In this document: piece after piece, positions 42,311 to 51,773 of the stretch
Layout of the letters: each line of letters starts with the position of its first letter
Numbering within the stretch: the first letter of the stretch is position 1
Assembly (NCBI RefSeq): GCF_964355755.1
Contig: NC_092671.1
Coordinates: forward strand, 21,965,317 to 22,029,316
Origin: Antedon mediterranea
Lineage: Eukaryota; Animalia; Echinodermata
Direction: 5' to 3'
Length of the DNA: 64,000 nucleotides
The notes under the pieces: model-generated
Seen by the model: only the letters and a program-made list of their open reading frames with translations
Database searches by the model: none
Told to the model about the DNA's origin: nothing
Made by a program: the position numbers and the translations under genes

Positions 42311-43394
42311 ATGGTTTTTACTTTAACTGCTTCATTTTACATTTTTGAAGAATAAATTTTAACTAATGGTTATTATATTTATGACATTTACAAAAAAATG
42401 AAGACAATTGTGCAACAATAATGGTTATTTTCGAATGTTCTGTAACCTCAATAAAATGGAAACATGTTATTTGATTTTATCATTTTTAAAACGTTAACGT
42501 GTGTTTTGGATAGTCAATTCTGATTGGACAAAGGTTTAATTTATACATCTGAAAAGATATGGAATATTTTCATGTCACGCGACGTTTCAAGAGGGTGCCT
42601 AACCTTCTTTGTGCACACGCTCGTTTAGCTCATGACACGGGTCTGGTCATGTCACTGACTTAGGCCTACGTTACACAGGGAGATGTAAACTAATTTATAA
42701 ATTTATTTTACATCTTCCTGGTTACACACATTATCACAAACTTAAATAATGAAAAAAAAAAACCAGAATGAAATAATATAATTTAGCTTGTGGGCCTGTT
42801 ACAGTTTTACTCCCCACAACTAGTGGCACGGGGTAACACCCACGCCTCACTCGCTGGAGGAGAGAGAGAGAGGAAAGAGAGAGGTGTCGTGCTTCTCTGT
42901 GCGGCGGCTGCTAGATGAGGCCAAAGATGATATATATTCTTTGATGGATGAGGCCTAGAGCCATTTTCTGCTCTGTGCTCTCTCCCCCACCCCCTCCCCA
43001 TGCATAAATTAACTGTTGTTGAGAAGCTTCCATTTGTTTACGGGGTAGGCCTATTTATTTGAAATAATGACATTCATTATGTTTTATAGACTAGGGGAGA
43101 CGTAATAATATCCGAATAAACATATTTTACGAAAATTTATCATGGATTAAATAAAAACGTGTGTATTGTTGATAAATCATAATTATTTTGTTATTCATCC
43201 ACTTAATAACCCAACGATGTTATGGTATGGGCTATTCAACTGCGGAGTTGTCATTTTTCACACATGCTGCTTGAATTGATAACTCAGGAAGACCAAAAGG
43301 TACCGTAAGTATACTGATGATAGGTAGATAAATAAATAAATAAATATAATAATGTTTAGTTTTTTCCTATGTAAATAAATCAGAGGACAAAATA

Positions 43395-43567
43395 AGGCCT
43401 ACGCTAGGCCTTATTAGACTATAAATAATATAAATAATAAATTAGGCCTAATAATATAAATAGCCTACTAGGCCTAGCTAGGCTAGCCTAACTAGGCTAG
43501 GCTCGTACTACTACTACTAGCCTATCTAATAAGGTAGGCCTACTGTAGGTAGCTACTAGCCTACTAG
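43395..43567. repeat. TAGGCCTA/CTAG-rich low-complexity tract
   Basis: Dense taggcct, tagccta, ctag and actact. Similar tracts at 43745-43810 and 44268-44345, and in the small element at 30185-30270. Confidence 0.75.
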
Positions 43568-43571
43568 GTTA

Positions 43572-44268
43572 CTGGGTATCCCAATGAATGAAGCGGATTT
43601 TCGTTATCTTACGGCAAATCGAACACGTTCATGAATTTTCTCCCAAATTTCAAAAAGTGACGTGTCTTTGAAGTTAAAAATATAATATTTCTTATGTACC
43701 CATGTGAATAAGAATGTCTGGAAAGAGCTTGTTTTAGGGTTTATTTAGGCCTAGGCCTATATATTTTTTTAATCTGCCTAGGCCAACTAGGCCCTAGGGC
43801 TAGGCCTATATTTATTAAATAGTTTAATAGAAAATGCTAGTTAAAATGAGGTACAAAAGCCGGCGTGAAGCCAATTCCCAAAAGTTACGAATCATTTAAA
43901 GATGGCAACTTTTTGGGCATTTTGAGACATTGGGAAAAAAAACGTGTGCAAAATGCACTCGGACCAATTTTGGTAGCCAATATCTCAAAAACCAATTTTT
44001 GTTGTTGTTCAACTCTGTGTTATCTATGGGTTTGGCAAAAATAAGAACTTTAAAGTCATTAATATAAAAGTTATAACCCTTCAAAAATGGTTCCAAATAT
44101 AATTGAAAAAAATGCCATTTTTCGCCACTTTAACGGACCATAATGTTAGAACGGATAATCCAATTTCAATCATTTAACTTGCAAAACTTTAGGTCCAATA
44201 AGTTCCTTTTGATTAACTGAAAGAAAAAGTATCACCATTAATTTGAATTTTTACATTGGGATACATAC
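43572..44268. mobile_element. Possible nested, decayed Tc1/mariner-type MITE (~700 bp)
   Basis: 11-bp inverted match GTATCCCAATG (43576-86) / CATTGGGATAC (44254-64), with TA four bases outside each end. The left end TA-CTGGGTATCCCA resembles CAGGGTGTCCCA-type TIRs. The outer 4 bp on the right do not match well. Confidence 0.45.
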
Positions 44269-44531
44269 TAGTAGGCTAAGCCTGGTAGGGGGCCCCTCCC
44301 TAACACTGGGCCTAGTATACTGTAGTACTTATTATTAGGCCCTACGCACGCGGCCCTGCCTCCTTGCATAAACCTACTCTCATTGTTCTGCCTTGCTTTT
44401 GATTTCAGATGAGGTTTCTTCTTTTTTTTTTAGTTGATGACCCTTAATTTTGTTGTAGTTGCTGTGGAAGCTGCCCACATCCAAACTCTGTCCAGATCTA
44501 ATGTAATTTACAAATTAGCCTGCGATCCTCA

Positions 44532-47033
44532 ATGCTAATGGACCAGGTCTTTGGTATTCCATGTTCCCTATGTGTATACGTAGGCCGAACCCAATTTGAG
44601 TTGTGTTCACACATTGTAAAAACCCATAGAAATGATCCAAATTTTATTGTGCATTGCTCAGTGGAAAACTGTGCATACAGTACAAAGAATTGGGCGACAT
44701 TTAGAAAACATGTTAATAGGCAACATCCCAACACGAATATTCCATCAGATGAACATCTTTTACATTATGATAATGATGATGATGAGCCTATGTTACTAGA
44801 AAATCAAGATGCTCATAATTTGTCAGATCTAGAAAAACAAAAATATTCTACAGCAGTCTACTTACTGAAGTTGGAAACGGAACATAAATTGTCTCAAAGG
44901 GCATTAAATGATGTTGTTACTGGTACCAGTATGTGTTTATCTCAGACTATGTCAACTTACAGATTCAAAATTGAAAAAGAACTTGAACAACAAGGAATTG
45001 TTGATATAGGTTTTGTACAACATTTAAGTAATGATGATGACATATTCCAAGGCTTTGAAACCACTTATCTTAGACATACTTTTTTTTCCCAATATTGCAA
45101 ATATGTAGCCCCAGAAAAGGTTTTGTTTGGCATGAAGGAAAAGCGTATCAAAGGGCATATGAGGCAAGTTGAGCAATATGGATATATTGTTCCTTTTAAG
45201 TCCAGTATCAAAGCATTACTTGATATGCCAGAAGTTCAACATTTTGTTAGAAATCCACATTTCAGCAACTCTGAAATGTTGTTAGATGTTTGTGATGGAT
45301 TAAGATTTAAGAATTCTCCATTGTTTCAGCGTAACCCATCAGCTTTACAAATTATTGTGAGTCATGACGACCTTGAATTAATGAATCCGCTTGGTGCTCA
45401 TATTAAAAAACACAAAATGTCAATGTTCTATTACACAATTGCAAATATTCCGCCTCAACATAGATCTAGGCTCAGTTTCATTCAACTTTTAGGTGTAGCC
45501 AAAACATCAAAGATTCGTGAATTTGGTGCAAAATTTCTTCTGCATGATTTTATTACATGTTTGAATGAAATGCGAAATGGTGGTATGAGGTTATCTCTTA
45601 ATGGAGTTGACATTGTTATCGAAGGTGATATTATGATGTGTCCATGTGATACACTAGCTGCTCAGTATCTTGCAGGCTTTAAGGAAGGGGTTGGTTTTGC
45701 ATACAAAATTTGCCGAACGTGTAATGCTAGTAGAGAAACAGCCCGTTCTATTTTCACTCCAGATGGGTTCATTCACCGATGTAATGATGAACATTTTCAA
45801 CGATGTAATACTCTGAAAGGCTTGAGCAAGAAATCCCGGGAATATTGGAGCAAAATGTGGGGCATCAACAACGAAAGTGCCTTGGCTGGTATTCATAACT
45901 TGCCAATCACAGAAATATTTCCTCATGATCCAATGCATGTGCTACTTGAAGGGATTGTTCCGTATGTTATGGCATTGTTTCTCAACCATTGCATCTTTGT
46001 CCAGAAATATTTCACACTGGAATGGCTAAACGACAAAATAAAATCTTATCCTTATTCTAAACGAGACAAATCTCACAAACCCGAGACTATTGAGAAGAAC
46101 TCCATTATAAAAAATGTCAAGTTGAAGCAAACCAGTACAGGAATGTTAACTATTTGTTATGTGTTTCCTCATATTGCTGGAAAATGCATTCCGGATGATG
46201 ATGCTAAATTCTTTAACCTCATTAGACTTTTCCAAATAGTTTTCCTGTCCACCACACCATATGTAGATGACAGTACATCTGGTGAACTAGAACAGTTGAT
46301 TGCTACACATCACAATGAATTTGTTTTATTATATCCTACAGAGAAAATAAAGCCAAAATTCCATTATCTTGTACACTTTCCTCAGCAACTCAAAGATTTT
46401 GGACCACTAAGAGGTCAGTGGTGCCTCCGTTTCGAAGGCAAACATATGTTCTTCAAAAATTTTAAGTGGAGGAATACAGTAAATTTAGAGAAATCATTAG
46501 CAGAGAAGCACCAATTATGGATGGCATATAAGATGATTTCTGGAGATGGAGCAAGATCATCTACCTTCTTGTATGAAGGTGACATAGTTGTTGAAGGTTC
46601 TATGGTTTCATTTTCGGATTTAGTTTCTGCTCAATTGGAAGATGAATTTCGAAATGTGTGTGACCATGAACATATTTTAGTACCAGAACCACTTGTTGTG
46701 TATCGTTGCATCGAGGTACAGATTCATGGACAGTTGTATGAAGCAGGCTGCCATTGTGCACTTTTTATTGATTGCAACACTGATAATATTCCACAATTTG
46801 CTCTATTTAGAGAAATTATTGTATTAAATGATGACAAATTTTTTAGTGTCGAAATCTTAAAAACAAAACAGTTCTGCTGGAAGTTAAATTCTTATGAAGT
46901 GGAATGCCAGGAAGATTTAAAAATTATATATTTTCAAACTTTAAAAAATAATTGGCCATTACCAGTGTTCAGAGATTGTAATAACATGTACATATCAAAT
47001 AGAAATGGACATTTTGTGGAATATTTGTGTTGA
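44532..47033 (+). CDS. EnSpm/CACTA-like (CMC) DDE transposase with two N-terminal C2H2 zinc fingers, 833 aa
   Basis: Uninterrupted long ORF. Zinc fingers CSLC...HIVKTH and CSVENC...HVNRQH. Family-type motifs HDDLELMNPLG..KHK...YY..ANIPP..RS, CDTLA....GF......CRTC, HDPMHVLLEG and KPKFHYLVHFP......GPL...WCLRFEGKH. It lies between CAC TIRs. The start codon or an upstream exon is uncertain. Confidence 0.9.
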   Translation: MLMDQVFGIPCSLCVYVGRTQFELCSHIVKTHRNDPNFIVHCSVENCAYSTKNWATFRKHVNRQHPNTNIPSDEHLLHYDNDDDEPMLLENQDAHNLSDLEKQKYSTAVYLLKLETEHKLSQRALNDVVTGTSMCLSQTMSTYRFKIEKELEQQGIVDIGFVQHLSNDDDIFQGFETTYLRHTFFSQYCKYVAPEKVLFGMKEKRIKGHMRQVEQYGYIVPFKSSIKALLDMPEVQHFVRNPHFSNSEMLLDVCDGLRFKNSPLFQRNPSALQIIVSHDDLELMNPLGAHIKKHKMSMFYYTIANIPPQHRSRLSFIQLLGVAKTSKIREFGAKFLLHDFITCLNEMRNGGMRLSLNGVDIVIEGDIMMCPCDTLAAQYLAGFKEGVGFAYKICRTCNASRETARSIFTPDGFIHRCNDEHFQRCNTLKGLSKKSREYWSKMWGINNESALAGIHNLPITEIFPHDPMHVLLEGIVPYVMALFLNHCIFVQKYFTLEWLNDKIKSYPYSKRDKSHKPETIEKNSIIKNVKLKQTSTGMLTICYVFPHIAGKCIPDDDAKFFNLIRLFQIVFLSTTPYVDDSTSGELEQLIATHHNEFVLLYPTEKIKPKFHYLVHFPQQLKDFGPLRGQWCLRFEGKHMFFKNFKWRNTVNLEKSLAEKHQLWMAYKMISGDGARSSTFLYEGDIVVEGSMVSFSDLVSAQLEDEFRNVCDHEHILVPEPLVVYRCIEVQIHGQLYEAGCHCALFIDCNTDNIPQFALFREIIVLNDDKFFSVEILKTKQFCWKLNSYEVECQEDLKIIYFQTLKNNWPLPVFRDCNNMYISNRNGHFVEYLC

Positions 47034-47261
47034 TGATACAGACAAGTTATAGAGATAATTATTAAACACTAAATGTAAATTTAAAAGAAAGGAAATACTT
47101 TCATGTGCATTGACTCAATGCAATTTGTACGAGCTGATGTTTTGTTTTCCTCTGGTGTATCATTGATCAGAAATATATTTATATATTTTTGGAACACAAT
47201 TCATTAATAATAATTGATTAAAATTAAGATTTTATAAATAACTCGTAATCTGCCTACAAAG

Positions 47262-50200
47262 ATGGATCTGGAAAATTGCATACAGTTGGTGTTGACAACA
47301 TTGTCTAAGGAGCTCCTGTTGTCTGTTGTCCAGAAATTGAGAGAATGCGGAGTTGAGTGTGTTGAGGATTTGCAGTACATCAGTGAAGCAGATTTGAGTG
47401 AACATTTGAAACCCATTCAATGTCGCAAGCTTATAAATGCATGGAAAATGAATACTGGTAAGCTTAAGCTGTTTTTGTTTTCGTTATCTTACCCACACAC
47501 ATGCATGTACCCCAAAATACTTACTTGCATGTGTCGCATCATGACAATTTTTAGTGAAGGTTATTTTGTAAAAATAATCGACCCCCTACTTTCAGAGAGC
47601 CTGCCATCGGTATTTGTGACTGACATACTGTACACACTATTTAAACTAAAATAACCTCTCATCTTTGTAGATATGACAACTAGGCCTATTACGGTACCGA
47701 AACCTAGCTTTAATAGAAGTTTCAGTGATACTGAAACAGAATTTGAGGAAATTCTTGATGCAAGTTTGGAGTCACAGCAGAGCACTTCAGATGCCAGTAG
47801 TAGTATGGATACACATGTTTATAAAAGATTACCACTCCCACCACTGGATGCATACGTTATTGCGGCTTTGAAAGATTACAAGTCCCATTCTGTATGGGAT
47901 GCCCTTGTTGGAAACATAAGCAGTTTTTATAGTTTACGCTATCCTAATAGGATGAACAATCAAACAGACTATAGACAAGTTGGGGAGGACTTGTATTTGC
48001 GGTATCCCGCCCTTAAGAGAAATGGTGCGAAACCATGGGTAAGTGATTCATTGCTACTGTTATCAACTATTTTTTTAATTGATATGAATTTATACCTAAT
48101 GCATACAGTACTTTTTTTTCTCTTTGCAGACACATCTTATGGCATGCGTGAGTACAAAATTGAGAAACGACAGGATGAGGAACAAACGAAAAAGTCAATT
48201 TAAGCAACATGAAACTCCAAAAGCTATGAAAAAAATTGATGTCATTCCTGTTAGTAGTTCAACATCAACACTTACAGAAGAGGATTACAAAGAGCATAAC
48301 AAAATGATGAATCAAGAGATGTTAAAGTCATCTGAGAAGCGTGATGATAATCATTTAAAGATACTGCTAAAGGTGAGTGTTGATTTATTTGACACTAAGG
48401 ATAACCCATGAGAATCTTCACAATCTTTGTCACACACATGTCATCACACATCTAAAACAAACTTTTCACACAACGTCATAGGTAATTAGCATATGGTTCT
48501 AGATGACTCGTCACTGCTGATCTAAAACTCACTAATGTCCCATTAGAAGGACAAGGTAATGAGAGTAAAGTACCTTACCTAAGGACACCAATAAAAATGA
48601 CACTGCAGTTTCACTATGAGAGGGTTTCTTACCGACATCAATGAGTAAAAAATTGTAAATAAAAGCCCTATTGCACTTAAAAGTACTTTTATATTGCAGG
48701 AAACACATACACACAGGAGAAATAAAATCAAGTTTGACCCAAACTACAACACAAAGTGTATCATGGCTGACCTGATTCAAGAAAATGCATGCTTCAAGTC
48801 TGCTGATTTTGTAAGTTTTGGCAAACACTGATTTACAAATAGAATGTGGAAAACAAATTGGTTTCTGCATCATTAAGGCCTGTTTATACTAAAACGATAA
48901 CAATCAATGATAAAAACATAAAAAACAATTATTCCTATAGAAAATGTAAGAAATAAATAAGTTGTCATAGTAGCACGAAATAAAGTTTTACCGTCTATAA
49001 ACGATAAAAACATATTTTCACAAATCAAGTCAACTTACGTCATAATCATGGAAAAACAATAAAATTGTTATGCTGATTATATGCTAATACCATGATTATG
49101 ACGTCATGACACGATAAATTGTTATTGAATCGCACTAGTATGAAAACTTATAATATTTCTGTTATTTTCTATAAGAACAATTTTTATCTTTGATCATCAT
49201 AACATAAACAGGTTTAATTAGTAATTAATCCTGGATTGTCCAGAAGAACATTGAATTGATAAACTATAATGTTACAATGACTGCATTATCAGTTTAGGTG
49301 TAACAAATGAATGAATCTACGGTATACTGACTGTTCGGAACACCGTTTCTTTTACAGGTTTGGGAAGAATTTCGATTGACAGTTGGAAAATCGATGGAAG
49401 AAATGAAGGAAATGATGGATCGTTTTGATCAACTAATGGGACAGATCGAGAAGAGTTTTCCTGTTGCTAAACGTGGAAATGTAAGTAAATTAAGTAATTT
49501 ATTACAAATTCGACACAATAATTGTTATTGACCAGGGCGTATTTAGAGTATAACACGGGCAAAGCCCAACACAGAAGTGCTTATCTCTAAACCCTGGTTC
49601 AATACAAATAAAATTGAAGTATAATAAAATATTAAAATTGAAAATCGAAAAATGCAGGAAACACGATTTCATTCAACGATTACAGATCATTCAACCAATC
49701 AATCATTTCTCAATATAATAAATAAGTGCATCTAAATATCCATTTGGTTTCCATAAGCAGCCTCTTTGAATAAGCACCGCATTCGCTTTAGCATTATTAT
49801 CCACAAACATTTTAATCGATCAACTTAATAAAATGTCAAAAGAAAAAATCTTTTTTTTTTTTTAGGGAGATTTGAGAGTGCCAACATTGTTAAAGGCCTT
49901 GGAGGATAAAATCGGATTCCACTCTGGTAAAGGAACCAAAAGCAAGTCATTTATAAGTGTGCATGGCGATGGCAGTGAAATCAAAACCAAAACCAAATCA
50001 GCAAAGGGCGATTGTCCCCATCTCCATTTATTTGCCAATGATGAAGATGATGAGATTATTGATATGTTGGTAATTTCTGGAGACGGAACAACCATCGTCA
50101 TTCCTGCTAATTTTACCATCACCAAAGCTTGCATGTCTGTTTTAGCTTGCTACTATGTGTTTGATATCGACTACCCACGTGTCTATTCCATGCTCCTGGG

Positions 50201-50294
50201 TTTCTTACAACAGATAATTTTGGGACATCCCTTCACCTCAACGAAGAAAACCAAAGCATTCTATTGCGAAGTTGCAAGATATCACAACAAGTGA
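47262..50294 (+). CDS. Spliced accessory (ORF2/TnpA-analogue) gene, 6 exons, 489 aa; SAM-like N-terminus, SAMD3-like C-terminus
   Basis: join(47262-47457,47671-48038,48130-48372,48700-48810,49358-49480,49866-50294) = 1470 nt, in frame with no internal stop. Donors are GTAAGC, GTAAGT, GTGAGT, GTAAGT and GTAAGT; acceptors are polypyrimidine+YAG. The model unifies track ORFs 47262, 47673, 48124 and 49872. It adds two small exons, ETHTHRRNKI...SADF and VWEEFRLTVGK...KRGN. Confidence 0.85.
48877..49214. mobile_element. Decayed foldback MITE (PIF/Harbinger-like) in intron 4 of the accessory gene
   Basis: Ends TAA-GGCCTGTTTAT ... ATAAACAGGTT-TAA. Internal inverted pairs: aattattcctatagaaaat / attttctataagaacaatt, and a perfect 15-bp ACGTCATAATCATGG (49037-51) / CCATGATTATGACGT (49090-104). 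Confidence 0.55.
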
Positions 50295-51524
50295 GTACAG
50301 ATCATATGCATGTTTGTTCTAATAACTTTAGCTGGTGGTTGTTTAATTTTAAAAACAGTATTTTAGTCTGTTCATTCCTTCAAAAATTATAATTATAATG
50401 GGAATATGACATTTCCAAATAAGTTCAAATGAATATTTGTGCAAAATACAGTGAACTGCTAAAAGACTCTTTTTAAGGCCATATTAAATTAAAAGCCATG
50501 TATTAGTTCCATTCATCTCTCGGACACTGGTAATGTGTCTGTTTATTTTATAATACTGTAGGCAAGCTGCAGTACCATGGCCTCTAAAGAGAGAACATAG
50601 GATTATCGGGACAGAAGAATTCATCAAACATGGATTGCTACCATTGTAAACAAAATTAAATTATCCATTTTAAATATGGTTTCATCTTTGTTATTTTTAC
50701 CTCGCATTTTTTTTGCTACAAAATCTGCCATATATATGGGGGTTGGCTCAAACTTCAATAATACCCAAGATGAAGCTAATATGTTGGGCTTTAAAAATAC
50801 TCAACATTATATTTTATATAGCTATTATTTTAATTATTTCTACTGTATTTCCTTGTATCTTAATAGAGTTTTAAAAACCTCGTGACTGAAATTCTGACAT
50901 TTTGTTTTAACAAAAGTATCCCTACTTCAAAGTTGTATTGTAAACCACAGTATGCAGGTTACCTGCTGAATGTTACAATACAAAAACATTAGGCCATATG
51001 AAATTATTAAACAACCAATTTTTTATCTTTAAGATAATTAAAAGGAGTGTCAAAAGTGCTGGGTATCCATGGGCCTGCTGGCAGATCACCTGATGCATCA
51101 ATACCAAGTAAAGTACATAAAGTCAACACACATCAGATTCCATTATGCTTAATTTGTGCAGCCATCCTTGAAATTTGCATTGATAGTATCTGTTACAAGG
51201 GATTGTTCCAAATGATCGAATGTTATTTCTAAAAACCTTTCTTTTATGCTTACAAAAAAACCTGTGGATAAAATATATTAAACAGTCTGTTCCACTCGCC
51301 AAACTTTTAATTAAGAGTGCCTCACAAATTTTAACTGGATTTGTTTGTAATTAACTTTTTTACCAGAAGCATTAAAAAAAAACCAACACATTTGTAAAGC
51401 ATAATGGGTGATAGTTATTGTTAAGGTTAAAAACAAAAGAGTTGTATGATTGGCTCTAAAGTTGATTTTGAATAAATATTCTGAAAATAGAAACAGTTTT
51501 CTTTGTTATTATTGATGTGTGGTC

Positions 51525-51753
51525 CATTAAAACATATATGTGTTTTGTGACCAAAATGTAATTTCAGTAAACATTATCTTGTGTTTACTGTAATTACATT
51601 TCCTAAAACACATGTGTGTTTTAAACACTATATGTTTATTTTTTGAGACAACCATGTGATTTCATTTTATGTTTATAATAAACACATTTATACGTTTATA
51701 TTAAACACATTCATGTGTTTATTTTTTGGGACAATTATGTGTTTTCAATTGAA
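51525..51753. repeat. Right subterminal repeats (AAACACA/TGTGTTT motif, both orientations)
   Basis: Examples: aaacatatatgtgtttt, aaaacacatgtgtgtttt, aaacacattt, aaacacattcatgtgttt, ttatgtgtttt. Confidence 0.75.
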
Positions 51754-51773
51754 ACACATTATTTTTTAGAGTG
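51754..51773 (-). repeat. Right terminal inverted repeat ACACATTATTTTTTAGAGTG
   Basis: Exact reverse complement of 42077-42096. Confidence 0.97.

Larger units (their letters stand above)
42077..51773 (+). mobile_element. Autonomous EnSpm/CACTA-type (CMC superfamily) DNA transposon, 9697 bp
   Basis: Perfect 20-bp TIRs starting CACTC. 2-bp TSD CA at 42075-76 and 51774-75; removing element plus one TSD restores the satellite aaagtgtaCAgaatagc. It has subterminal repeats, a transposase ORF and a second same-strand spliced gene. CAC termini with a 2-bp TSD match animal EnSpm/Mirage-type elements. Confidence 0.93.

Noticed and set aside
42807-44096. ORFs 42807-43001 and 43896-44096 on the minus strand
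   Set aside because: They derive from a GA/C-rich low-complexity patch and a MITE-like non-coding segment; no protein signal.
47262-48411. Track ORFs 47262, 47673, 48124 (and 49872) as separate small genes or a frameshifted pseudogene
   Set aside because: Canonical splice sites join them in frame into one gene; their hydrophobic tails are intron read-through.
44498-50134. Minus-strand ORFs overlapping the two transposon genes (44498, 45654, 47204, 47232, 47561, 48532, 49862)
   Set aside because: Antisense shadows of real coding exons or introns, with no recognisable domains.
50676-51232. Possible third gene (ORFs 50676-50885 and 51047-51232)
   Set aside because: Short, AT-rich, no convincing splice model or motifs; more likely 3' UTR or non-coding.
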